Position numbers and translations under genes: made by a program. From Methanothrix sp. (GTDB lineage Archaea; Halobacteriota; Methanosarcinia; Methanotrichales; Methanotrichaceae): a DNA stretch of 52,402 nucleotides. The stretch is taken from assembly GCA_040770465.1 (NCBI GenBank), contig JAXGJB010000014.1:1-52402 (forward strand). Direction: 5' to 3'. Below the pieces are notes generated by a model, which saw only the letters and a program-made list of their open reading frames with translations, searched no databases and was not told the DNA's origin. Shown one piece after another: positions 19,382 through 28,748 of this stretch. The stretch's first letter is position 1, and each line of letters opens with the position of its first letter.

Positions 19382-19936
19382 TATTTCGATAACCTCCTAC
19401 ATTTCCCCTATGGGGTAAGGTTCATACAGCGTACAGCGTGACTATTCTTAAAACTATTGCCCGCACAGATCTCCCCGCCACCTTGGCGCGGTCAAAAGGC
19501 GCCATCAGGTGCTGTCTGGCATCAATATGACACTGAATAGCTGCATCACCCTCCCGATCCCTTTGGGACTATGGGGATATGATAGAGGATTTCACCATAT
19601 ATCTTTTGTGGTCTCTCGTCTGAGACATCATCTTCCTGCACCTGAAATTCAGCGCTGCCCCAGAACAGATCGTCGACCTTTTCCTCTATATCAGAACGAC
19701 TTACCCCCCAAGAAAAATGTATAAAGATAATATAAAACATGTTGTTGCAAAATTTCAAGGGCCTAATGGTCGTATAAAAGGAGATGAGGAGATGAAACAA
19801 GATAAAAGGACGAATTATGAAGTTTCAAAGCAATTTAGTCGTTATGGAGATCTTTATTCGATATCAGAAAGCTGCCATGCGCCCGCACAATCCCAGGGAA
19901 AATTGTTTTTAGATCAGAGCCGATAGAGATGTTCAT

Positions 19937-20959
19937 ATGGCGCGAACTGGCCTTATATACCACCCCATCTACCTGGAGCACGATACCGACGGCCATCCCG
20001 AGAGAAAAGAGCGGCTGACCACCACCCTGGAGAAGATAAGGTCATCGGGCCTGGAGCTGGAGTTCGTCACCCCTCGGCCTGCCACCCTGGATGAGGTGAG
20101 AACGATCCACTCCCCAGGCTACATCGACCAGGTCAGGTCCATCTCCGAGCAGGGAGGGGGATATCTGGACCTGGACACCGTCGTCTCCCGCCGATCCTAC
20201 GAAGCCGCCCTCATGGCCGCGGGCGGGGTGATCGCTGGCATAGAACGCGTGACTGGCGACCTAGACAACGCCTTCGCCCTGATCAGGCCCCCCGGCCATC
20301 ACGCCCTCCCCAACAGGGGGATGGGATTTTGCATATTCAACAACGTGGCGATAGGGGCGAAGTGCGCCCAGAAGATGGGGCTTGAGAAGGTCCTGATCGT
20401 GGACTGGGACGTCCATCACGGGAACGGGACGGGCGCAGTCTTCTACGACGATAGATCGGTGATGTACTTCTCAGTCCACCAGTTCCCCCACTATCCCGGG
20501 ACCGGGAGGGTGAAGGAGCTGGGGATGGACGGGGCCGAGGGGTTCACTGTGAACGTCCCCCTCCCCTGGGGTACGGGGGACTCAGGCTACCTCACGGTCT
20601 TCGAGGAGGTCCTGAAGCCAGTGGCGATGGAGTTCGACCCCGACATCGTCCTCGTATCGGCCGGCCAGGACCCCCATCAGGCAGACCCCCTCAGCGGCAT
20701 GAACCTCACCACCGGGGCGTTCGGATCGATGGCCTCCACCGTGAAAGAGATCGCCGACTCCTGCTCTGAAGGTAGGCTCGTCGCAGCCCTCGAGGGAGGC
20801 TACAACCTCGGCTCCCTCTCCGACTCAGTCGTCGCGATATTGAGGAGCTTCAAAGGGGAGAGCCCGGAGAAGATAGAGGCGGAGGACGACCCGAGGGTGG
20901 CGGAGAGGATAGAAGAGGTGAGAAGGGCGATGAGCCCCTACTGGAACTGCTTCAAGTGA
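19937..20959 (+). CDS. Histone deacetylase family (Zn-dependent amidohydrolase)
   Basis: HPERKERL, RPPGHHA, MGFCIFNNVA, DWDVHHGNGT, SAGQDPH, LEGGY. Confidence 0.93.
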   Translation: MARTGLIYHPIYLEHDTDGHPERKERLTTTLEKIRSSGLELEFVTPRPATLDEVRTIHSPGYIDQVRSISEQGGGYLDLDTVVSRRSYEAALMAAGGVIAGIERVTGDLDNAFALIRPPGHHALPNRGMGFCIFNNVAIGAKCAQKMGLEKVLIVDWDVHHGNGTGAVFYDDRSVMYFSVHQFPHYPGTGRVKELGMDGAEGFTVNVPLPWGTGDSGYLTVFEEVLKPVAMEFDPDIVLVSAGQDPHQADPLSGMNLTTGAFGSMASTVKEIADSCSEGRLVAALEGGYNLGSLSDSVVAILRSFKGESPEKIEAEDDPRVAERIEEVRRAMSPYWNCFK

Positions 20960-20970
20960 TGGCGAAATCG

Positions 20971-22362
20971 TCAACCTACCATCTGTCGCGCCGAAAAGTA
21001 CCGAGCCAGGAAGACCCGGAACTCCGGGTCACCCACCTCCAGGATCTCCTGGCCCACGTATATCTTGTATCCACGCCTCAGCTCGGGGCCCAGGTGGCGC
21101 CCGAAGGATAAGCCTCCAACCCTTTTTCGGAGAAGCTCCGGCCCTTCGACGAACTTTCGGGCCACCTCCACCACCAGCCGGCCGTCCTCGACGTAAGGGC
21201 CCGAGAGGGGCTCGGGGTGGCTGGATACGAACTTCTTCGCGTGCTCAGCCTCCCAGACCGGGGGGCCGACCCTCCTCTCGACCCTTGGAAGGACGGCGAC
21301 CGAAAGCTCGAAGAGCATCCTGATGACGCCGCATCCTCCGAACGTCTCAGGCCTGCGGCCCGCCGTCTCGCCATCGCGCACCTCAAAACGGGCTCCTCTG
21401 TGCCAGTCGGCGTCCGACCGGAGGACCGAGAAGCCGGACCGGTCCAGGAGGGCGCGGACCGACTGCTCCGCCTTTCTCAGCTGCGGGAATACGACGTCCT
21501 CCACCTGGTCGGGGCCCGCAAACTCCAGGAGGACGAGGGTGCTTTTTCGATCCGATATCGCTTCGCGAAGCTCGTCGTCGGTGAGGGGAAAAACCGGCGG
21601 CGGAAAGAAGAATTCCATGCCCGGCTCCTCCAGAAATAGACGGGATGCGGCCACAAAGGTGAACATCCTGTCCAGGGTAAGGGCCGCGGCGACGTTCCTT
21701 GCTGGATCTACGGGATCTACGACGACCAGAGGGTCATCGTGGAACCGGGACGAGTGCCCCTCCAGGTCGATCGCCTCCCCCGGACGCCAGGAGGAGGCTT
21801 CCTCCAGGACGCCGAGAAACGAGCCGCGCCTGATCACCAGAAGCTCTGCCAGGTATCCAGAGAAACCCCCCACCTTCAGCTCCGAGCCGTAGACGCCTAT
21901 CCCCTTCATGAACTGCTTCAAAAGGAGAACCTCGTCTTCAAGCCCCCCAATCCTCCTGGAGACGTAACGGTTGTGAAACGGGGTTCTGTCGACGGCCGAG
22001 AGGATCCGGGAGCCGTCCTCCACCAGGTAGCAGGGCACGATGTCTACCTCAAACCCCTCGAAGCGGGCGTGGACGTAGGCGTGCTCGGCATAACGCTCCT
22101 CGTGCTCCGGGGCGACTCTCCTTGCCACCTCCAGGGCGGGAAGAAGAGATGAGCCTTCAGAGACGCCGATGAAGACGTCCAGATCGTGGTCTCCCGAAAG
22201 CCACGTCCCCCGGGCCGCAGAACCCACCAGGATCGGCTCGCAAACGACCTCTTCGACCGCGGCCAGCTCCGCGATCCGCGATAAGACCCTCTTCGCGACG
22301 CCCGCGAGCCGATCTCGCTCTTCGACGGAGGGCCTGACCCTGGAGAGGACCTCTTCAGTCAG
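20971..22362 (-). CDS. cca: Class I CCA-adding enzyme (tRNA nucleotidyltransferase); start codon unresolved (CTG 22362 proposed)
   Basis: VGSAARGTWLSGDHDLDVF, YAEHAYV, VDIVPCY, SAVDRTPFH, GGFSGYLAELL, DPVDPARNVAAAL. The first ~87 codons of the tracked ORF overlap thpR in another frame. Confidence 0.9.
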   Translation of the reverse strand: MTEEVLSRVRPSVEERDRLAGVAKRVLSRIAELAAVEEVVCEPILVGSAARGTWLSGDHDLDVFIGVSEGSSLLPALEVARRVAPEHEERYAEHAYVHARFEGFEVDIVPCYLVEDGSRILSAVDRTPFHNRYVSRRIGGLEDEVLLLKQFMKGIGVYGSELKVGGFSGYLAELLVIRRGSFLGVLEEASSWRPGEAIDLEGHSSRFHDDPLVVVDPVDPARNVAAALTLDRMFTFVAASRLFLEEPGMEFFFPPPVFPLTDDELREAISDRKSTLVLLEFAGPDQVEDVVFPQLRKAEQSVRALLDRSGFSVLRSDADWHRGARFEVRDGETAGRRPETFGGCGVIRMLFELSVAVLPRVERRVGPPVWEAEHAKKFVSSHPEPLSGPYVEDGRLVVEVARKFVEGPELLRKRVGGLSFGRHLGPELRRGYKIYVGQEILEVGDPEFRVFLARYFSARQMVG

Positions 22363-22951
22363 GCGAGAGGGGGAAGGATGCGATGTCCTCGTAGATGGGG
22401 CCTCCGGGGGTGAGGGTGCTCTTCTTGAGGAGGAACTCCTCGGCCCTGAACTCGCCGAGGTCAACGTCTTTGTAGGGGGCGAGCTTCGAGGCGAGGAGGC
22501 TCGTCGTCTCGGGGCCGGGCCTGGATACCCGGGCGATGGTGGCGTGGGAGGTGAACTTCCGCCCCTCCCGCTCAAACCCCAGGGGGACCAGGGCATCCTC
22601 AACGGCGGAAAATAGCCCCTCAAACTCGCCTTCCGCCCCGATCCAGACGACCCTGATGGACCTGCCGGGAAAAGCCCCGATCCCCCTGACCCTGGCGGTG
22701 AAGGCCGGCCGCTTCGCGCCCCTGAGGGCTTCGGCCACCCGGTCCACCTTGGAGAGGGGAACGTCTCCGAGGAACTTGAGGGTGACGTGGATGAGGCCGG
22801 GGTCGACGAGCCTCACCCCCGGAAGGTCGATCTCCCGCTGGATCCTCTTGATCTCGTCGCGCATCGGGTCGGGGAGGTCGACGGCGACAAAAGACCTGAT
22901 CCCCCCGGGAGCCCCGGCGTTCTTCCCGGACCTGGAGCCTCTCTCTCTCAT
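22355..22951 (-). CDS. thpR: RNA 2',3'-cyclic phosphodiesterase (2H family, 2'-5' RNA ligase-like)
   Basis: RSFVAVDL, HVTLKFLG, SHATIAR, KSTLTPGGPIY. Confidence 0.93.
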   Translation of the reverse strand: MRERGSRSGKNAGAPGGIRSFVAVDLPDPMRDEIKRIQREIDLPGVRLVDPGLIHVTLKFLGDVPLSKVDRVAEALRGAKRPAFTARVRGIGAFPGRSIRVVWIGAEGEFEGLFSAVEDALVPLGFEREGRKFTSHATIARVSRPGPETTSLLASKLAPYKDVDLGEFRAEEFLLKKSTLTPGGPIYEDIASFPLSPD

Positions 22952-22958
22952 CTTCAGC

Positions 22959-24605
22959 CTACCTCAGAACTCCGCCCTGGCTTGCGGAGGTGACCGACCT
23001 GCTGTACCGGGCCAGCATCCCCTTCGCGACCTTAGGCTTCGGCGGCTTCCAGGCGGCCTTCCGCTTTTCGAAGGTTGCCGGGTCCACCAGAAGGTCGATC
23101 CTCCGAGCGTCGATATCGATTCTTATCTCGTCGCCGTCCTCGACGAGGGCGATGGGCCCGCCCACCGCCGCCTCAGGACATATATGGCCGATGCAGGGGC
23201 CTCTGGTACCTCCAGAGAACCTGCCGTCGGTGATCAGGGCGACGGAGTTTCCGAGCCCCACGCCCTGAATCGCCGAGGTCGGCGAGAGGGTCTCCCTCAT
23301 GCCGGGGCCGCCTTTGGGACCCTCGTATCTTATTACTACCACGTTTCCTGCCGCGACCTCGCCGCCGACGATCCCGGCCAGAGCCTCCTCCTCGGAGTTG
23401 TAGACCCTGGCTTTGCCGGTGTGCTTTCTCATCTCCTTTGAGACCGCCGTCTGCTTGACGACCGACCCCTCGGGCGCGAGGCTCCCCTTCAGGATCGCGA
23501 TCCCGCCCTCGGCGTGGACCGGGGCGTCCAGGGTCGCGACGACCTTCGCGAAGGTCTCGGGGTTGGCAGGCCTGAACTTCGCGATCTCCTCGCCGAGGGT
23601 TCTCCCGGTGACGGTGAGGACGTCCAGGTTCAGCTTCGACTCGATCCGTTTCATGACGGCGGGGATTCCTCCTGCCCTTTCGAGGTCGAGGATGTGGAAT
23701 GGACCGCCGGGGCGGAGGTTGACGAGGTGGGGGGTGTCGCGGCTCAATCGATCGAACTCGTCCAGCTCGATGGGGATATCGAACTCCGAGGCCACCGCCG
23801 GTATGTGGAGGGCGGTGTTGGTGGACCCGCCGATGGCCATGTCCATCCTGATGGCGTTCTCTATCGACGCGGCTGTAACGATCTGCCTTGCCGTGATCCC
23901 CTTCTCGATCAGCTCGACGATCTTCACACCGGACTTCTTCGCGATCCTCATCTTCTTCGCGTCGGCGGCGTGGGCGGTCGCGCATCCGGGAAGGCTCATG
24001 CCGAGGGTCTCGGTGAGGCAAGCCATGGTGTTCGCGGTGAAGAGGCCAGCGCAGGAGCCGGCGCCCGGACAGGCGAGGTTCTCGAGGATCTCCAGAACCT
24101 CGCCGCCTTTCTGCCACCCCTCGAAGACGTCGATCAGGTCCAGCTCCTTGTCGCAGGCGAAGCCGGGGTACATGGGGCCTCCGGTGACGGCTATCGCCGG
24201 AAGGTCAAGCCTGCCCGCCGCCATCAGGTGGCCGGGAACGATCTTGTCGCAGGAGGAGATCATCACCATCCCGTCGAGCTGGTGGGACTCCATCATCACC
24301 TCGATGGTGTCCTCGATGATCTCCCGGCTTGGGAGAGAGTACCTCATCCCCTTGTGGCCCATGGCGATCCCGTCGCAGAGGCCGATGGTGTGAAACTCGA
24401 AGGGGACGCCCCCCGCCATCCTGATCCCGGCCTTGACCGCCTGGGCGATCTTGTCCAGGTGGACGTGGCCCGGTATGAACTCGTTCCAGGAGTTGACGAC
24501 CCCGACGAACGGGCGACCCATCTCCTCGTCGATGAGACCTGTGGCCTTGAGGAGGGCACGATGGGGCGACCTCTCGGGCCCGACCTTGGTGATATCGCTT
24601 CTCAT
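22959..24605 (-). CDS. ilvD: Dihydroxy-acid dehydratase
   Basis: [49 protein letters not shown]. Confidence 0.97.
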   Translation of the reverse strand: MRSDITKVGPERSPHRALLKATGLIDEEMGRPFVGVVNSWNEFIPGHVHLDKIAQAVKAGIRMAGGVPFEFHTIGLCDGIAMGHKGMRYSLPSREIIEDTIEVMMESHQLDGMVMISSCDKIVPGHLMAAGRLDLPAIAVTGGPMYPGFACDKELDLIDVFEGWQKGGEVLEILENLACPGAGSCAGLFTANTMACLTETLGMSLPGCATAHAADAKKMRIAKKSGVKIVELIEKGITARQIVTAASIENAIRMDMAIGGSTNTALHIPAVASEFDIPIELDEFDRLSRDTPHLVNLRPGGPFHILDLERAGGIPAVMKRIESKLNLDVLTVTGRTLGEEIAKFRPANPETFAKVVATLDAPVHAEGGIAILKGSLAPEGSVVKQTAVSKEMRKHTGKARVYNSEEEALAGIVGGEVAAGNVVVIRYEGPKGGPGMRETLSPTSAIQGVGLGNSVALITDGRFSGGTRGPCIGHICPEAAVGGPIALVEDGDEIRIDIDARRIDLLVDPATFEKRKAAWKPPKPKVAKGMLARYSRSVTSASQGGVLR

Positions 24606-24677
24606 GAAAAGAACCTCGAAACCAAGCTAGGTGTCGTATCGTATTAAGTAGTTGGTGATTTTTCTCAGGTCCAAATA

Positions 24678-25367
24678 TCACCCCTGATAGACGAATCCGG
24701 ACTCGATCATCCGCCAACTTTCTCCAATCTTGCCGAGCATCAGGTTGATCACCCAGCCCTTTTTGCATATCGAGCTGATCTCATCGGATACGACGACTGG
24801 CCCGATCACCTGATTGGACCCAAGATAATCTTCGAGCCAGAGCTCGCCCGGATTTATATCCACCACTGAGAAGTATCCGTCGGCGATCTCTTCAAAGTCC
24901 ACGTCAGAGCTTTCCTTGATGTAGCTGAATATCAGATCGCTGAGTTCGGCCACTTTCCCAAGGTCGCCCTTCAGCTCATCGACCGTTATGGCGGCCACCT
25001 CATAACTTTCCGGGTCCATGTACCCCTTCACCCCCATCCATTTCACAACCTTCCGGATGACCCTGCCTACAGTCTCCATCAACGTATTGCTGCCCACAAC
25101 CTTCCGGACCATGAAATAGTCGAGAAACTCCGCAATCTCAGAATCGCTGATCCTGTTAGGACCGAATACCTCACAGAACTCCTTTCCTTCGTCATATAGT
25201 CCGTCGAAGAGATCTGCTTCCTCCGAGTTCAGAGAATTGTAGCCATAACCGTCTAAGTAGTCCCCGAATAGGGATATCGCCTCTTCATACCCTCGATAGG
25301 TCCGAGGCTTTAATCGAGCCTTCTGCTCAGCCAAGAACTCCTCGAATACTTCCTTGATCGTTTTCAT
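24678..25367 (-). CDS. Hypothetical protein; N-terminus resembles an integrase core-binding (SAM-like) domain
   Basis: 229-aa ORF, visibly more AT-rich than its neighbours; FEEFLAEQKARLKPRTYRGY...ISDSEIAEFLDY pattern; no catalytic tetrad seen. Confidence 0.7.
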   Translation of the reverse strand: MKTIKEVFEEFLAEQKARLKPRTYRGYEEAISLFGDYLDGYGYNSLNSEEADLFDGLYDEGKEFCEVFGPNRISDSEIAEFLDYFMVRKVVGSNTLMETVGRVIRKVVKWMGVKGYMDPESYEVAAITVDELKGDLGKVAELSDLIFSYIKESSDVDFEEIADGYFSVVDINPGELWLEDYLGSNQVIGPVVVSDEISSICKKGWVINLMLGKIGESWRMIESGFVYQG

Positions 25368-25472
25368 TGAACCACCACGAATTATCCAATTATGATACCC
25401 TGATCAAGAAACCATCAGGAGAACATCTCATTGCTTAAATAGCCGCAAATCCTCTAATTCAGAGGTGACCGA

Positions 25473-27392
25473 ATGGATTCATATCATCTCTTCCTCCTGC
25501 TTTTGGGACTCTACATAGCGGTGCTCATCGGCATCGGCCTCCGATCGTCCCGAGGGCAGAGATCTGTGACAGACTTCTGGCTGGCGGGCCGGGAGATCGG
25601 AGCCGCCAACATCGGCCTATCGGCCGCGGCCTCCTGGCTGACGGCATCCGCCCTCCTCCTGGCGACCGGCCTGTTCCTCTTAATCGGCGTCGGATCGGTC
25701 TGGGTCTGGGTCTTTCCCAACGTCGCGGGGCTCTTGATCATCGCGGCGATCGCGAAGAGGGTCAAGAACATCCCTGCACTGACCCAGCCGGAGCTTCTTG
25801 AGATCAGATACCACCCCATGGTGCGAGCGCCGGTGGCGGTGGCGATAGCCATCACCATGATCCTCTTCGCGGTGACCGACTTCATCGGGTTCAAGCTCGT
25901 CCTCGCGACGTTCTTCGGGGTGCCGCCGTTATACGCGGTCCTGATCATGGCGGCTGCGGTCTCCATCTACGTCAGCCTCGGTGGGTTCAGGGCAGTGGTC
26001 TGGACCGACGCCGTCCAGTTCGTGTTCCTCGCGGGGGTCTCCGTCGGCGTCGCAGCCCTCGCGACGAGAGCCTCCCTGGAAGGCGGGACGACCCTCGCCG
26101 CCGCCTCGGCGTCCCTCGGTGCGGACTGGTGGAACCTATTCATCCTGGGAGGGGTATCCGGAGCCCTGGTCCTCCAGCTGGCGCTCCTGCCAGGCTGGGT
26201 CGCTGAGCAGGACCCCTGGCAGAAGATCTGGGCAGCTCGCGACGACGGGTCGGCGAAGCGCGGCCTCGTCCTTGGCGCCCTCCTCCTTGCGGTGGTGTAC
26301 CTCGCCTGCTTTGTAACCGCCGTCGCCCTCCGGGCGATCTATCCTCTGCCCGCCGGCGAGATCGAGGCCGAGATGCTCTACCTCGCCTTCATCCAGGAGA
26401 GCCTGCCCGGAGCGCTGGTGGCCTTATTCGCGATAGGGTTTGCCGCCGCATCCATGTCCTGCGCCGACACCTTCGCGACCTCCGGAGCCTCCTGCATCTC
26501 AAGGGACATCGTCCAGAGGCACATCAGACCCGACGCGAGCATGAAGGAGATGCTGGTCATAAACAGGGTCCTCGTAATAGCCATGATCGCGATCTCCGCC
26601 GGGATCGCCCTGAAGGTCGAGAGCATCGTCGAGGCGGTGATCATCGCGACGGTGATCGGGACCACATCCTACTTCTTCCCCATCATGGGCGGCCTCTTCT
26701 GGAGACGGGCCACCCGATGGGGCGCCCTCGGGGCGGTGATCGTCGGGGGAGGAACCCAGATCGCCCTCATATCTTACGAGAAGCTCGTCCTCAAGGCGCC
26801 CCTGGAGACGGTCTCACCCAAACTCGCAGGCTACGGCCTTTTGGCTGAGCACGGCGTCCTCATCGGCCTATCCTTGAGCGCCCTCGTCTTCGTCGGCATA
26901 TCCCTCGCGACGGCGAGGCCTGAGGCGGCGAGGCTTGCTCCCTTCTTCGCGGACGTGGGTCGAGATGTCTACGGCGACGGCGCCCTCGCAGCCGACCGGA
27001 CCGATCCCGAATATGAGAAAGTTATAAAAAATATAGAGGAGAAGGTCTCGGGCGAGAGGGCCCACCTCCACCTCCGCCTCGACGTCGCGCCTCTCCAGGC
27101 CGACGGCGGGAAGATCGAGGGGAAGCTCGAGTGGAACGAGTTTCTGGAGAGGCTCGAGTCGGAGCACCGGGAGTGGTTTGAGCTGACCGGAAAGGACACA
27201 GTCTACAGGCTGACCCAGGCCGACATGCTCGCCTCGGTGAAGATGGTTCGCGGAGACCGGCTCCAGATCTGGCTCTCGGCGGAGCCGAGGAGGGACCTGA
27301 TCGAGAGGCAGAAGGACGAGATCTACCTGTCGTGCCGGGAGATCGAGGAGGCGCTCCTGGGGCTTGGGCTGTCGGCAACCCCCACGCGATGA
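25473..27392 (+). CDS. Sodium:solute symporter family protein with soluble C-terminal extension
   Basis: DFWLAGR, LSAAASW, YVSLGGFRAVVWTDAVQ, AAASMSCAD, GLFWRRATRWGA; many TM segments. Confidence 0.9.
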   Translation: MDSYHLFLLLLGLYIAVLIGIGLRSSRGQRSVTDFWLAGREIGAANIGLSAAASWLTASALLLATGLFLLIGVGSVWVWVFPNVAGLLIIAAIAKRVKNIPALTQPELLEIRYHPMVRAPVAVAIAITMILFAVTDFIGFKLVLATFFGVPPLYAVLIMAAAVSIYVSLGGFRAVVWTDAVQFVFLAGVSVGVAALATRASLEGGTTLAAASASLGADWWNLFILGGVSGALVLQLALLPGWVAEQDPWQKIWAARDDGSAKRGLVLGALLLAVVYLACFVTAVALRAIYPLPAGEIEAEMLYLAFIQESLPGALVALFAIGFAAASMSCADTFATSGASCISRDIVQRHIRPDASMKEMLVINRVLVIAMIAISAGIALKVESIVEAVIIATVIGTTSYFFPIMGGLFWRRATRWGALGAVIVGGGTQIALISYEKLVLKAPLETVSPKLAGYGLLAEHGVLIGLSLSALVFVGISLATARPEAARLAPFFADVGRDVYGDGALAADRTDPEYEKVIKNIEEKVSGERAHLHLRLDVAPLQADGGKIEGKLEWNEFLERLESEHREWFELTGKDTVYRLTQADMLASVKMVRGDRLQIWLSAEPRRDLIERQKDEIYLSCREIEEALLGLGLSATPTR

Positions 27393-27497
27393 GAAGGGAG
27401 AGTGAGAGAGAGAGAGTGTGTGTGTGAGCGGGGGATGAGAACGGAAGAGAAGATAGAAGGAGATGAGACCTGAGGAGAAGAGAGGGAGGATGAAGAG
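27393..27497. repeat. Purine-rich spacer with (GA)n(GT)n microsatellite
   Basis: GAGAGAGAGAGAGTGTGTGTGTG at ~27404-27426 within an almost pyrimidine-free spacer. Confidence 0.8.
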
Positions 27498-28670
27498 ATG
27501 AGGAGAGTCGACGGGGAAGAATTCGAGATCGCCGTGGTGGGCGCGGGCCCCGCGGGCTCGGCCGCCGCGGAGGCCGCGGCGAACCGTGGAGCCGAGGTCG
27601 TCGTTATCGAGAGAAAAAAAGAGATCGGAACCCCAGTCCAGTGCGGCGGCTTCCTCCCCGAAGCCAGTGAGCTTCAGGCCCTTCTCCCCCGGGCCGAGAT
27701 CCCCGACTCCCTGGCACTGGTCCCCGAAGGGCAGATCCTCCATCGAACAGTGGTCCAGAGGGTCTACGCCCCCTCGGGAAAGGCGAAGGAGTTTCCTGTC
27801 CCCGGAAGGGTCGTCGACCGGAGGAGCTTCGACCGCCACCTAGCCTGGCGGGCGGCGAGGGCCGGGGCCCGGCTCCTGGTCGACACCCGGGCGGATCTGG
27901 CGGGGTCGCGCCTCCGGCTCTCAGGCCGAACCTCAGGTGAGATCGAGGCGGAGGTCGTCATCGGGGCCGACGGCCCCAGCTCCGCCGTCGCGCGAGGGGC
28001 GAAGATGGCCTCGCGAGGAGAGACGGGCGTCTGCCTGGAGTACGAGATGGCCGGGGTCGAGATCGACCCCGAGGCCGTCGAGATGTACTTCGGGACGGCG
28101 TGCGCGCCGGGCGGGTACGCCTGGATCATCCCCCTGGGCGAGGACGTCGCGAACGTAGGCGTCGGCACACGGCCAGGCTACCTCCAGGGAAGGAGGCTTC
28201 GCGACGTCCTGGACGCCTTCATCCGGGACCACGCCGTCGCGAAGGAGAAGCTCCGGGGCGGCCAGGTGACGGCGGTGATGCGGGGGCTCGTCCCGGCGGG
28301 CGGCACGCCGCCGGCCATCCGGAAGGATAACGTCCTTCTGGCGGGCGACGCCGCGGGGATGGTGATGGCCACCTCCGGCGGCGGGATACCTCTCGCGGTG
28401 GTGGGGGGAGCGGCGGCTGGTGAGACCGCGGCTCGCTACGTTAGAGGCGAGGGGTCCCTCGAAGATTACCCGTCGCGCATCGCGACGGCGATGGGACGGG
28501 AGCTGGACAACTCGGTCAGGATCAGGCAGATCGTCGACAGGATGATGATGAGCGATCGGCTTATGGACGCCTTCTTCGCCCTCCTCTCCCCCGACCAGAT
28601 GAAGGCAACTCAGAGGGGACAGATCCCAAAAGCCCTGGAGAGGATTCAGGACCTCGTCGCGAACCGGTGA
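27498..28670 (+). CDS. Geranylgeranyl reductase family FAD-dependent oxidoreductase
   Basis: VVGAGPAGS, PVQCGG, DRRSFD, IGADG, PGGYAWIIP, LAGDAAG, SGGGI. Confidence 0.9.
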   Translation: MRRVDGEEFEIAVVGAGPAGSAAAEAAANRGAEVVVIERKKEIGTPVQCGGFLPEASELQALLPRAEIPDSLALVPEGQILHRTVVQRVYAPSGKAKEFPVPGRVVDRRSFDRHLAWRAARAGARLLVDTRADLAGSRLRLSGRTSGEIEAEVVIGADGPSSAVARGAKMASRGETGVCLEYEMAGVEIDPEAVEMYFGTACAPGGYAWIIPLGEDVANVGVGTRPGYLQGRRLRDVLDAFIRDHAVAKEKLRGGQVTAVMRGLVPAGGTPPAIRKDNVLLAGDAAGMVMATSGGGIPLAVVGGAAAGETAARYVRGEGSLEDYPSRIATAMGRELDNSVRIRQIVDRMMMSDRLMDAFFALLSPDQMKATQRGQIPKALERIQDLVANR

Positions 28671-28748
28671 CGAAGGCCCCATCCAAAATCCGTTATAAGC
28701 TATCGTTTTTCTCTATCGGGAGATGTCCCCTCGCGATCTTGCGCCCCG

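Noticed and set aside
19382-19936. Small ORFs between the S-layer and deacetylase genes
   Set aside because: AT-rich divergent promoter region; ORFs are short with no coding bias
22363-22623. 87-aa Pro/Ser-rich N-terminal extension of CCA enzyme from the ORF track
   Set aside because: Lies wholly within thpR in another frame and has shadow-like composition
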